From Octopus vulgaris (lineage: Eukaryota), in assembly GCA_951406725.2 (NCBI GenBank), contig OX597814.1, positions 84,010,001 through 84,074,000 of the forward strand: a DNA stretch of 64,000 bases, read 5' to 3'. Position numbers and translations under genes: made by a program. Below are positions 13,990 to 27,575 of the stretch, piece after piece. Position 1 is the first letter of the stretch. Each line of letters begins with the position of its first letter. Below the pieces are notes generated by a model that had not been told where the DNA came from, made no database searches, and saw only the letters and a list, made by a program, of their open reading frames with translations.

Positions 13990-14268
13990 GAAAGGAAGAA
14001 GATGAACAGCAACAGCAACGAGAGCGATTATTGTGATCATTTAACATGTTTATTATTTTTGCTGTTCTTAATTTAGGTTGGGGACGGCAAACTTGTAAAG
14101 TACCGGAAAGATGGCTACTGTTTTGTTTTAGGTAGGTTCTTTATTGCATTTTTGTAGTTCAAATCCCTGATGAGATCGACTTTGCGTTCCTTTCGACCAC
14201 TCCCTTATAAAGTTGTGGCCTCATGCCAATGTAAGAAAAAACAACCGCCTACCTATATATATACATAA

Positions 14269-14316
<48 letters not shown>

Positions 14317-14449
14317 AAGCATATATATATAACTTATATCTAAAGCATACATATTCATCCATACATATATAAACATATGCACATATATATGTATGTATAT
14401 ATATATATATATATATATAAGCATATATGTATATATGTATATATGTATA

Positions 14450-14480
<31 letters not shown>

Positions 14481-14483
14481 ATA

Positions 14484-14563
<80 letters not shown>

Positions 14564-15203
14564 TTATTGTATCTCTTCTGGAAATTATCTTCTTGCCCTT
14601 TGCTTACAATACATCAGTATGGTGGCTATAATAAACGAAAATCACAATCCCTCGAGTGTTTTGAAATTCCAGCAGCATATTATTGCTATAGTTGCATCAA
14701 CTGTTGAGAGAAGTCGTGGTTGATGTTGCTTTAAGCTGAATAGTGGAATTATTCATGGTTTAAAATAATAAACGCTAGAAAAAGAACCACAAGGAAGGTC
14801 TTTTTGTGGCATGTTGAATACAAATTCACATTTGCTTTTGATTTTCGTATTAGAGGAATGTTAATTATGTCGGAATATTATGAAACATCAGCAAACTTCA
14901 TTAGTGACCGGTTTACCGGTGTCACACAGACGATAAATGGGAAATTAGGGCGCCATATTCATTATGTCCTGCCGTTTTTCTGTACACATACGTATGTATG
15001 TATGTATGTATGTATGTATGTATGTATGTATGTATGTATGTGCGAACATGCATGCATGTGTGTGTATGTATGTATGCATGCTTGCATATATGTATATATG
15101 TATAGAGTGGTAAATTTATGTGTATCACCCACACATATTCATTTATAGCATACATACTCAAATATATATCACTTTCTCTCACCCTCACTGCATATATGTA
15201 TGC

Positions 15204-15285
<82 letters not shown>

Positions 15286-15316
15286 TGGCCAAAAATAAGT
15301 TATTCTAAGTTATATA

Positions 15317-15368
<52 letters not shown>

Positions 15369-15406
15369 CATATACGTATGTATATAAGTATATATGCATA
15401 TATATA

Positions 15407-15471
<65 letters not shown>

Positions 15472-17341
15472 GTAGATAGATAGATTATTAGACCTGAACT
15501 ATAGTTGTTATCAGAACACTGGGGTGAATATTAATTTGTTGTGTATACGAAACAATGAAAATGCTAAAACCACTACCACTCTGTGACTAGTATTGTCATA
15601 GTGGGAATATATCATTAAAATGGCCGATAGAGGCACAGAAAGAAACCATACATATAGAGAATAAAAAGAAGGAAGTATTGCCTCTTGACGGAAGTACAAA
15701 AGAGGTCACTGTAATGAAATATTCTCACATTATTTAAATAAGAATTCTTGCTGAAAATTTTGACGAAGCCGTTTACTTAAAATGCAAACACAAAAGTCGA
15801 TATTTTCTTCGGATACAAGAAATAAAAGTCACACGGTTTTGTCAATAGGGTTGGACGACAAAGAAGTCTGTGTATCGGTAAACGGGTGCTGAATATACAC
15901 AGCTTGTAAAAGCTCGACTATAGGTTCTCTTTCAACTTCTGCGTTATCGCAGTACTGGGGCGCAGAGCAAAAGATATACATCAGAATCTGAGCATTCTAA
16001 GAAAGGTCTTTCGTAAACATTTCAAAGAATCCCTACAGATTCAGTCTGTCAGTAATACAGAAAAAATTTGCAGTTCATTAAGACGATCTTCCATGTCATA
16101 GTGCTTAGTGGCTCCGTAAAAGTTATGGTTGTAGGAATGAATAGTCCCCTATGACGAGACGTAACTAACTTCAATACCACATTCGTTACATATGTATGTA
16201 TGGGTGGGTGGATGGACAGATTTATATGTACGTATGTATGCATGTTCTCTTTGTCTCTTTTTAATTTAGAGTTAATTTTGACCAGCCACCTGTTTGGTAG
16301 CAATGCTTGAAAGGCAAGAATCTTGTTTTGTTCACCATCTTTTAAACCTTAAGAGGTTCTTGTAGATTTTTACTGTTCCAGATATCGTGATCATTTGTAG
16401 CATATAAATTAAGGAATTACATTCTCTCTCTTAGAACCAACGTTCAGCCATACTTTACACCGGACGGGTTGGCACATATCCTGTTGCTCCAATAATAATA
16501 GATATGAAATACTGAAAGTGTGTCTTGAGTACCAGATTGATAACCTCTTTATCATCGTCCACATATGCTTTCTTTCTCTTGTATTTCTTCACCATATTGG
16601 TTTCCAGAGGGCAGCTGATTTCAACAACAGAGAATTGTGGTCTCAATAACATCTAGCCGGTTGTGTTTTAATTCAGTGGTTGCTTAAATCTTTTAGTTCT
16701 GCCAGTATTTTTCTGACCCATCATTCTCAACTTCGTATGTTAGTATTTTCGTTTTTGTTATTCTCATCCAGACAGTTCTAGCCAACGAAACATACCTCAT
16801 GGAAAGATAACATCTAGAAGAGGTTCTCTCAATATATAATAATATATAATATATGAGTGTTTGCTTTAATAATATTAGTTTTTATGATAGTATTTGCTTT
16901 ACTGTCTCCTATAAACTTTCTTGTCTTGTATATTTTATAAATCCAATCTTTAATAATCATTGGCCAATTTTATGTTAAGCCTGCAATGGTTTACTGCGAT
17001 ACATCAATTTAGTGGAAAGAGAAAGCTAACGGAAGATAAAGGGTTGACAGAACTCTGATCCATATCTCTAATCATCATCAAAATAAAGAGGAGGTAATTA
17101 ATATATCATGCTTGCGAATTATTGTCAACTGAATGAATATTATTAATTGACTTCACTAATTATAGGTTATGATCGGAGCTATTTCATTATGGTGTCTAAG
17201 GACTTTAGAGGTTATTTTATTTTATATATATATATATATAAATTTTACTTCATTCTCGACGAACCTCTCAATTATGCTGAATTCTATCCTAATTACGCTG
17301 AAAGAAAAATAATTATGTTTGTGAATATGTGTGTATGTATG

Positions 17342-17410
<69 letters not shown>

Positions 17411-17543
17411 GCATACATATACATATACATGCATATATATATACATACATACACACACCCACACACCCACACATATATTTACATATATATAAATAAGGGT
17501 ATTTGTGTGCATATATTTATGCATGTATATACATATGCATATG

Positions 17544-17574
<31 letters not shown>

Positions 17575-17631
17575 TCATCATATACACACACACATATATA
17601 TCCCTATACATATATACATGTATGTATACAC

Positions 17632-17674
<43 letters not shown>

Positions 17675-19038
17675 CAACACACTCGCATATATGCAAACAT
17701 ATAATGCTCACTGTCTCTCTCTATATATACAGATCTGAATTTTAAACCATATAGTACTTTATTATGTAAAGAAAAAGAAAGAAATCTCTAACACCAAGCA
17801 CTGATACGAATATAACACCGTATCGTCTCTATTATTGCCAATACTGCTTTATAAAGAATGCAGTACTACTTCAGATATAAGATATTGATGTTTTATATAG
17901 TCCACTTTGGACGCCATTGTGTTGCTATACACTCAAGCACTATAGACTGAAATTTGAGCTAACATGAGAGACTAAATGTTCGTTTGACCTCCTAGAAATA
18001 GTAGTCACATCTCCGTCAAATCACATATTTTGTCGTAGAAAAAATATGATATACCTTCCAAGTTTTTTTTTTTTTCAGAGAAGAAAAGCGTGGAATGGTT
18101 ACGGATGGAATGCTTTTAATGACAGATCTACTGGGTCAGGTTTAACCTCTAACTAAAGAAAAACAAAGACCAACAAACACAACTAGGCAAGTAGCTTCTA
18201 CGTGATCGCTTCACTTGGTAAAGATAGTCGCTAATCTCCCGCGAATCACACCCTACACTTGTATAATGTGGTCTTGGGTTACCTGAGCACAGGAAAGAGG
18301 AAGAAAAGTTACCACTGGATTGCTCACAATCTAGTAACAGCGACAACAACGGTAACAACTTATACCGAATATGAAACATGTCCCATTTGACCGACTGGTA
18401 AAGATTCAACCGCGGTTTCATACCCAGGACTACTCAAGCCACTCAAGACACATTGTTCCTTTTTGTTTACCCAGGACTACTCAAAACACTTTGTTCCTTT
18501 TCGTTACCTGTACCTTATCAAACACCACGCATCGCCAAGTTATGTTTTCCCAGAATTAGAAACTCCCTAGAATTCCTACTTAATCCACATAATATTTTTT
18601 GCAGATGCCGATATGAAAGATATTCAAAATAAAACGCGCAGAGGCATGACTGCGTCGTTAAGAAGCTTGCTTTGCAACAACACGGTTTTGAATTCAATCT
18701 CGCTGCGCAATAACTTGGGCAGTGTCTTCTACAATAACTCCTGGGTTGAACAAAACTTTGCAAGTGGATGAGATGGACTGCGTGGACTTCCACCGTATAT
18801 ATATATATATATATATAATAAATTAATAAATAAAATAAAACATATGCATATATACATACATATATGTACGTACCTACCTCTACATGTATATATACATGCA
18901 TATATGGGTACAGGACACCAAAAAAAAAAAACGTCGAACACAATGAGAAACGAAAACATAAACACAAAACCAAGGAAATGGACATTTTTCTTAAACAACG
19001 AAAAAATAGAGTACAGGACATACAATACAAGGAAAATT

Positions 19039-19100
19039 CCCCTTCTTCAGTCGCCTTTGTTTCATCTACTCCACGTTTCGAAAGTCAAGGCGAGACATGA
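19039..19100 (-). ncRNA. Candidate non-circularly permuted hammerhead ribozyme (copy)
   Basis: Reverse complement of the 20022-20083 motif with one change in helix II. Confidence 0.65.
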
Positions 19101-20021
19101 CTTTAATGAAACATTCCCTCCCGCGAAAAGCAAATTAAATAAAATTTGAGATTTTTTTGCGGAGGGGTAAAAATGGTAACAAAAACAGGACAGTAACGAC
19201 AGTACAAAATATAAACAGTAAAAGACAGGACAAGGAGAATAACAGTAACACAGACAAGAAGGGATGTTAAGCCGAACGAGATAAAATATTACGAACGCTA
19301 TTTTTGGGAAAGGCGAAGTCCTGTACTCTATTTTTTCGTTGTTTAAGAAAAAATGTCCATTTCCTTGGTTTTGTGTTTATGTTTTCGCTTCTCATTGTGT
19401 TCGACGTTTTTTTGGTGTCCTGTACCCATATATGCATGTAGAGGTAGGTACGTGCATATATGTATGTATATATGCATATGTTTTATTTTATTTATTAATT
19501 TATTATATGACGGAACGCACGCATCCATTTCTAAGTAAAATTGTTCTAAATATTAATAATGATGCGCACTCTTAACCTTTCTCTCCTCCTCCCTTTCTCA
19601 GCCTTCATTCTTTCGGGTTTCCTTTTCTTCTACCTTACTGTCTCTCCCTCTCTCTCTCTCTCATTCTTCATTCCTTCTGGTTTTCTCTACAACTATTCCC
19701 TTTTTTATCTCTCTTTCTCTTGCTCCTCCTGCTCCCTCCCGTCGTTGACCTGCGACGAGAGCTCTGCTACTGTCTTTCTGACATGGCTTCCTTCAAGTGT
19801 AGACGGCATTTCTGTGGCTCCTTCGCGTTTTCAAAAATAGCGTTCGTAATATTTTATCTCGTTCGGCTTAACAGCCCTTCTTGTCTGTGTTACTGTTATT
19901 CTCCTTGTCCTGTCTTTTACTGTCGTTACTGTCCTGTTTTTGTTACCACTTTTACCCCTCCGCAAAAAAATCTCAAATTTTATTTAATTTGCTTTTCGCG
20001 GGAAAGAATGTTTCATTAAAG

Positions 20022-20083
20022 TCATGTCTCGCCTTGACCTTCGAAACGTGGAGTAGATGAAACAAAGGCGACTGAAGAAGGGG
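20022..20083 (+). ncRNA. Candidate non-circularly permuted hammerhead ribozyme
   Basis: UCAUGU-C-UCGCCUU..CCUUC-GAAA-CGUGG..(13 nt)..AAGGCGA-CUGAAGA-AGGGG. Helix I is 7 WC bp, helix III 6 bp, and the site is GUC. Confidence 0.7.
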
Positions 20084-20345
20084 AATTTTCCTTGTATTGT
20101 ATGTCCTGTACTCTATTTTTTCGTTGTTTGAGAAAAATGTCCATTTCCTTGGTTTTGTGTTTATGTTTTCGTTTCATTGTGTTCGACGTTTTTTTTTGGT
20201 GTCCTGTACCCATATATGCATATATATATACATGCAGAGGTAGGTACGTACATATATGTATGCATATATGCATATGTTTTATTTTATTTATTAATTAATT
20301 ATATGACGGAACGCACGCATCCATTTCTAAGTAAGATTGTTCTTA

Positions 20346-20389
<44 letters not shown>

Positions 20390-20599
20390 ACAAAATAATA
20401 TATAAAACATATGCATATATACATACATACATGTACATACCTATATCTATATGTATATATACATGTATATATGGGTACAGGACACCAAATAAACGTTGAA
20501 CACAATGAGAAACGAAAACATAAAAACAAAAACATGGAAACGGACTTTTTTTCAAACAACGAAAAAACAGAGTACAAGATATACAACACAAGGAATATT

Positions 20600-20661
20600 C
20601 CCCTTCTTCAGTTGCTCCTGTTTCGGCTACTTCGCGTTTCGAAGGTAAGGGCAAGACACAA
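20600..20661 (-). ncRNA. Candidate non-circularly permuted hammerhead ribozyme (diverged copy with compensatory changes)
   Basis: UUGUGU-C-UUGCCCUU-A-CCUUC-GAAA-CGCGA...AGGAGCAA-CUGAAGA-AGGGG. Relative to copy 20022, helix I has C-G to U-A and helix III has A-U to G-C. Confidence 0.65.
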
Positions 20662-21673
20662 CTTCGTTGAAACAATCCTTCCCGCAAAGCAAATTTAATA
20701 ATAAGTGGTAACAAGAACAGGACAGTAAAAACGTGTGTGTCTGTCTATTTGTGTCTTTGCGTCTATGTTTGTCCACCTACCCACCGCGTGTTTGGTTTCT
20801 TTACGTCCTTGTAACTTAGCCCCTCGGCAAAAGAGACTGAAAGAATAAGTTGCAGACTTTAAAATAGGAATTGTGGATGATATGTTCTACTAGAAGCCTT
20901 CACTTCGGTGCCCCAGTATCAATGCAATCCAGTGGCTGTAACAAGTAAAATATGAAGTATAAATGATCAACCACGCCAATCTCAGCGGCGAAGAATTGCA
21001 AAGCCAAAGGTCATTTGCCACACGTTCTCACCTGACGCGAGCAAACACAGACACACACACACACATACTCTTTCAGGCACCTCACCTTTGACTCAGCGGC
21101 ACATCCAGGATCTGACAGCAGGATAGAAAGACAAAGAGAAAGAGAAAGAAAACGGTACACTTGCACCAAATTGGTACTCTTTTACAAATAAGTAGATTGC
21201 GGAAATATGAAATTAAGTATCTTCGCTCAAAAACGCTACGTATTACTTACTCGGCCTAGGAACTGAAATCTGTAACTACTAGGCCACGCGTCTCCACTCC
21301 TATGACTATCTTAGCAAGTGTAAAAAAAATCAGTATAACTAAGGTGTTAATTCGGGTTAACAAAAAATTAGTCCAACCACATGGTTCCGAGTTTAATCCC
21401 ACCGTGTGGCGCCATGGGCAAATATCTTCTACTATAGACTCTGCGCTGACCAAAGTTTTGTGAGTGGAATTCCACTGATGCGGGTTTAAACATTAACAGT
21501 AACAACAGTAACACCTGATATCGAATATGAAACATGTTTCATTCGACCGATTGGTGAAGATTCAACTGTCAAAATGCTTTAACTAATAACCCAGGGATGC
21601 ACTATTTCTCCTCTCTACTTCTTTTATTACTACTACATTGGTAGACGGAAAGAAACTGTGTGAAAGCCCGTCG

Positions 21674-21718
<45 letters not shown>

Positions 21719-21871
21719 GGGTAATAATACATTATTATTACCAGTGGCCTAGCACAAAAACAAATTAGTCATTAGACTATATATTATTCACATAGAAATA
21801 CAATAAGAGGCCTCCAAGCACAAGGATTTCCTATTTGGAAGCCTTTTATTGTATTTCTATACATACAAACA

Positions 21872-21990
<119 letters not shown>

Positions 21991-22174
21991 ATGTATATGT
22001 ATATATATCAAAATCAAAATGAGTGTGAACAAAATTGGATATTAATTTGATAACATCAATTTTAACACCAGTGGTCTAGCATATAAAAAAACTGAGATTC
22101 TGGAGAACAATTCTTAGCGGATCTTCTTCTAGTAGAAGGGTTTCCACATAGTGTTTAAAAAAATCCCTCTTATA

Positions 22175-22212
<38 letters not shown>

Positions 22213-22680
22213 AAGAGAGAGAGAGAGAAGGGGCATGTATGTATGTCTTTGTGTATGTATCTGTAACTTAGCTGTTCGGAGAAAGAGACCAATAGAATAA
22301 GTACCAGGTGTAGATTTGTCCAATTACATCCTTCAAGTTGATACCCCAGCATGGCCGCATTCCAATGACTGAAACGAGTTAAGAGATAAAAGGTAGACAA
22401 AAATCATTTACGCAATGAATCGAAGAAAGGTGAAATAAATTGGACATTTATTCTGGCTTGTTCCACTTGTTAGCTAGCCATGATGTCGGTGAGTCATCTT
22501 TCGAGAAAACCAGAGACGCTGTTGCAAGTTTGTCTGCCTTGTCGATCAGAACAGCAATAAGAAAACTTCATTGCTATCAAATTTCAACAAAAGGGACACC
22601 ATTAATTTATTGGTGAGTGGAGATAATTTATTTTATTTGCTTATGTTATTTGTTCATGTGTGTGCGTGTATTACAAATAC

Positions 22681-22779
<99 letters not shown>

Positions 22780-22999
22780 TGTATGTATATATGTATGTAT
22801 GTATGTATATCGCAATATAAGAGTCGTAAAGTGTATTCAAACATATATTTTACACAGTGCAGACTTGATCTTATATAAAACTCAGTACGTTAGGTGTATA
22901 GATAGACTGGTTTATTATATCAAAAGTTGACTGTCTACGGCGGGTTTCGCCCTAGGCTGAACTGTTTACGACTGTTGACTTTTGATATAATTAACATCA

Positions 23000-23061
<62 letters not shown>

Positions 23062-23159
23062 CGTGTGCGCGCGCGTGTGAATGAGTATGTGTTCACACAT
23101 GAATATACACACAAAGCTATATATCTAGCTAAATAGATGGATAAATGAATATATACTCT

Positions 23160-23370
23160 TTACTCTTTACCCTTTTACTTCTTTCAGTCATGTGACTGTG
23201 GCCATGCTGGAGCACTGGCTTTAGTCGAGCAAATCGACCCCAGCATTTATTTTTTGTAAGCCTAGTACTTATTCTATCGTTTTCTTTTGCCGAACTGCTA
23301 AGTTAGGGGACGGAAACACACCAGCATCAGTTGTCAAGCGATGTTGGGGGACAAACACAGACACACACAC

Positions 23371-23407
<37 letters not shown>

Positions 23408-23593
23408 CATACATACATATACATATATACTACGGGATTCTTTCAGTTTCCGTCTACCAAATCCACTCACAAGGCTTTGGTCGGCCCGAGGCTATAGTAG
23501 AAGACACTTGCCTAAGGTGCCACGCAGTGGGACTGAACCCGGAACCATGTGGTTCGTAAGCAAGCTACTTACCACAGAGCCACTACTACGCCT
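23160..23593 (-). mobile_element. SINE family B
   Basis: Reverse complement of the 39166 family. Confidence 0.85.
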
Positions 23594-23614
23594 ATATAAT
23601 ATAACAATAATGAC

Positions 23615-24250
23615 GATTTCAAATTTTGGCACCAGGCCAAGTTCGGGCGAAGGAGTAAATCGATTGCATCGACTCCACTGCTCAACTGGTACATATTTCA
23701 TCGACCCCGAAAGGGATGAAAAGCAGAGTCGACGGACTCAATGCTGCTATGCATTTTGCTGGGCACGGTAACAATTATGTCAGCTCGCCGCTTTAATAAT
23801 ATTGACAATAATCTTTTCTAGGCCTAAAACTGGTTGGTAGGAAGGGAGATAGTCGCTTATATTGAACCCAGTTTTCTACTGGTACTTATTTTATCGACCC
23901 CGAAAGGATGAAAGACAATGTCGATCTCAACGGAATTTGAACTCGGGACGTAGAGAGAGACGAAGTACCGCTAAGCATTCTGTCCGGCGGGTAGGTAATT
24001 CTGCCCGCCAGCTCGGCGCCTTAAATAATAATAACACAGATTTCAAATTTTGGTACAAGGTCAGCAAATTCGGGGAGTGGTGAGTCGATTACATCGACCC
24101 CAGTGTTCAACTGGTACTTATTTCATCGGCTCTGGAAGGATGAAAGACAAAGATAACCTCGGCAGGATTTGAACTTAGAACGTAAAGACAGACAAAATAC
24201 CGCTAAGCATTTGGCTCGGCGTGCTAAAGATTCTTCCAGCTTGCTACCTT
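23615..24250 (-). mobile_element. SINE family A, three consecutive copies
   Basis: Repeated TCGACCCCGAAAGGATGAAA bodies separated by (AAT)-rich spacers. Confidence 0.75.
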
Positions 24251-24309
24251 AAATGATAATAAAAAATATAACAATAACAACAACCTCATAGCCAAATGGA
24301 GAGAATGGT

Positions 24310-24835
24310 ATCAAGATGACCAATACATGGGTCATGCTAGTGTTGAGATTCTCTGCTCCTAAGGTGAACAAAAACAGTCACAGGAATGGCATAGAATTGG
24401 AGTGCTGTTCATAATGCACGATGCACATCACCTTAAAAGTCTCTGCTTCGAAGAAAAGAGGGAGGCAGAGGTTTGTTATACGTAGAAGATATAATCAGTG
24501 CTACAATAGTAAGTTTGAGAATACTTTGTTATGCGTAGTGGTAAAAGAATATCATCTGCAGCTAGAAATATCCGCCACCCCACAAAAAAATCAAAAAAAA
24601 AATCACTGAAACAATAGGAGAATTCAAGAAAAGATAGTGCATCAAGGCTTATTGTTGGGAAAAGAAGTAATTACATGATCAATTCCTGCAGCAAACTGAG
24701 GATGCTGGAAGTATAGAACGCTGGTTGCATCTGACTGATGGAAATCTGAAACGAGAAAGTGGATCTCTAATTAAAGCAGCTCAGAATCAAGCCATTGGAA
24801 AGAATTTAATAAAGACAGATTGATAAAACTCAGCC
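24310..24835 (+). pseudogene. Degenerate Dong/R4-clade LINE fragment (post-RT region)
   Basis: Broken frames give MHDAHH.KS, RRKEGGRGL, and G.LKRE...LIKAAQNQAI. Confidence 0.7.
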
Positions 24836-24967
24836 AGACAGAGGAGAGAGTTAGTTGGTATCATCGGTCCTAGCACTTAGATTGTACTTAATTTTATTGA
24901 TCTCGAAATGATGAAAGGGGAAAATTGCCGCCCAGTAATAAAAAGTCTTAATATGATATGAAAACAA

Positions 24968-25898
24968 GGCGTCGAGCTGGCAAGATCGTTAGCACGCCGA
25001 ACGAAGTGCTTAGCGACAGTTCGCTCGACTTTACGTTCAGAGTTCAAATTCCTCCGCGGCTGACTTAAATCTTTTTCGGGGCTGACAAAATAAGTACTAA
25101 TTGAATACTGGGGTCGATGTCATTGATTTAGCCCTTCCCCATAATTGTTGGCTTTGTGGTCAAAATACGAAACCACTATTGGCAGAGTAAATCTAAGAGA
25201 GATGGATTGACAAAACCTTACGATACTAGTTCTAACTCTTTACATTCTGAGTTCAAATTCCATAGAGATCAACTTTGTTTTTAATCCCTCTGGGGGTCAA
25301 AAAAAGAAGATATCAGTGAAATAATGGGTCAGTCTAAATTTTTAGCCTTTTGCCAAAAGTCAAAAACTATTGTTAAGATAGTTAAGAGTGGTGAGTTAGC
25401 AGAATCGTTAGTGTTGGGCGAAATTCTATATATTTATTCCGGCTTTTTATGTTCCGAGATCAAAACTTCGTCGAGACTACTTCTGCTTTTCATACCCCAG
25501 ATGTCCATAAAATAAAGTACTAGTCAAATATTTCTCGACTTACCTTCCAACAAATTTCTAATCTGTTATAAGGGCAGTTTGTTGCAAAATGCCTTGTAGT
25601 ATTTAATTAGATCCTTTTCCTTCTCTGCTTACATCCCACAATAGATAACTTCGCCTCCCTCATTCGGGCGTCGATAGAATATTTACCGGTAGAGCTCTGT
25701 AGCAGATCTAATGGACTGACTACACTCGTTTCCACCAATGATTTTGGCTTTGCGCCCAATATAGAAGTCATCATCATCATCATCATCACCACCACCACCA
25801 CCACCACCACCACCATAATCGTCATCATCATCATCATCATCATCATCACCACCACCACCACCACCACCATAATCATCATCATCATCATCATCAATTTT

Positions 25899-25948
<50 letters not shown>

Positions 25949-26157
25949 AGGCGGCGAACTGGTAGAATCGTTAGCATGCCGGGCAAGATGCTTAGCTGCA
26001 TTTCGTCTGCCTTTACGTTCTGAGTTCAAATCCCGCTGAGGACGACTTTGTCTTTCATGCTTTCGGGGTCGATAATGTAAGTACCAGTGAAACACTGGGG
26101 CCGATGTAATCGACTAGTCCCTTCTCACCAAATCTGAGGCCTTGTGCCTCCAGTAGA
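24968..26157 (+). mobile_element. SINE family A cluster (24968-25178, degenerate copies, 25950-26157)
   Basis: Family heads at 24968 and 25950, with bodies between them. Confidence 0.7.
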
Positions 26158-26778
26158 ATGGATTATTATTATTATTGTTGTTGTTATTATCATACCTATT
26201 TGTCCTTGTGGCAAATAGATAGACGGTTATTACCCCTTCTTGGTTTTTCGATGGGAACTGCCGCTAATTATAAGGCGGCGTTCATGAATGACATTTGTTT
26301 TTGCAGGCATGTATATAAAAATAAATTTTTGCATATTTTTATGTATGTATGTATGTATATATATATATATATGATTATGTATACGTACGACTATATATAT
26401 GTATGCATGTATGTATGTAAATGTACATGTAAGTGTGTGTGTTTGTATATTCTATGCAACTGTGAGCATTTATGCGTGTCTGTATGTCTGTGTGCGTTTG
26501 TTGCAGACTATCAGTTACGGGTCGTAAACATTCCACTAAGTTTTATGCATATTCAGATGAGACATGCTGCACCCAGGTGTGTATGTATGTATATATGTAT
26601 GTATATATGTAAGTATGTATGTATGTATGCATGTATGTATGTGTGTATGTATGCATGTATGTATGTGTGTATGTATGTATGTGTGTATGTATATGTGTGG
26701 GTATGTATGTATATATATATTTATATATATACACACATATATATACATATATATACGTATATATATATGCATACATAC

Positions 26779-26833
<55 letters not shown>

Positions 26834-27111
26834 TATATACATGTGTGTATATACACATGTATAAGTATATGAATATATGCATGTGAGTCTGTATGTGTGT
26901 ATATACAAACACATTTTGAACATATATATATACATGCTTAACTACTGATCTATTGCTACATACGTGGATGACTTTCTTAAAAATATTTTACTCCACACCC
27001 TCTCCCAGACACTCTCGCAAACACTTATATACGCTTGAGATTATATAGAGTAAATATGAGTAAGCTTGTCTATAATCACGGAAATAACTATATATACTAA
27101 CATATGTGTAC

Positions 27112-27187
<76 letters not shown>

Positions 27188-27192
<5 letters not shown>

Positions 27193-27460
27193 ATCCAAAC
27201 ATGAACAAGCAAGAAAAAGCAACAACGCGAGGACGTGGAATAAGTACAGTGTTATTGGATGCCCAGGAAAGGAAAGATAAAAAAGAGGATTTCGTGTTTC
27301 GAGCCGAGCTCTTTGTCAGAAATATAGAAAAAGTCCAAAGAAGGGTAGACGGAGAAAGAAAATCGCCAACGATACACACGCGGTCAGATATTGAAATGAC
27401 CAGAAGGGAATGGGTGAAGAAAAAGTTTTTCAAAGCAGGAGAGTGCAAGAGAAGGAGGAA
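27188..27460 (-). mobile_element. PLE-end-like repeat abutting (TA)n
   Basis: It starts at a TA tract (TAGTTAATCCAAAC...) and carries an HHR remnant. Confidence 0.5.
27289..27323 (-). ncRNA. Degenerate minimal hammerhead in a PLE-end-like repeat
   Basis: AUUU-CUGACAA-A-GAGC(UCG)GCUC-GAAA-CACG-AAAU. G8 and the cleavage site are mutated. Confidence 0.5.
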
Positions 27461-27524
27461 TGTGTGTATATGTGTGGGTACGTGCGTGCGCTCAGGTCTC
27501 TGTGTGTGTGTATGTGTGCGTGGT

Positions 27525-27575
<51 letters not shown>

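Larger units (their letters stand above)
18822..20730. mobile_element. Cluster of PLE-type terminal repeats: minus copy 18822-19319, plus partial 19320-19555, plus copy ~19556-20349, diverged minus copy ~20390-20730
   Basis: Mutually homologous direct and inverted segments (e.g. ACAATGAGAAACGAAAACATAAA) ending at (TA)n tracts. No ORF. They carry permuted HHR motifs. Confidence 0.75.

Noticed and set aside
21792-21860. 26-bp-arm hairpin as a pre-miRNA
   Set aside because: It sits in a TA-adjacent repeat fragment, so it is more simply a small inverted transposon end. There is no expression evidence.
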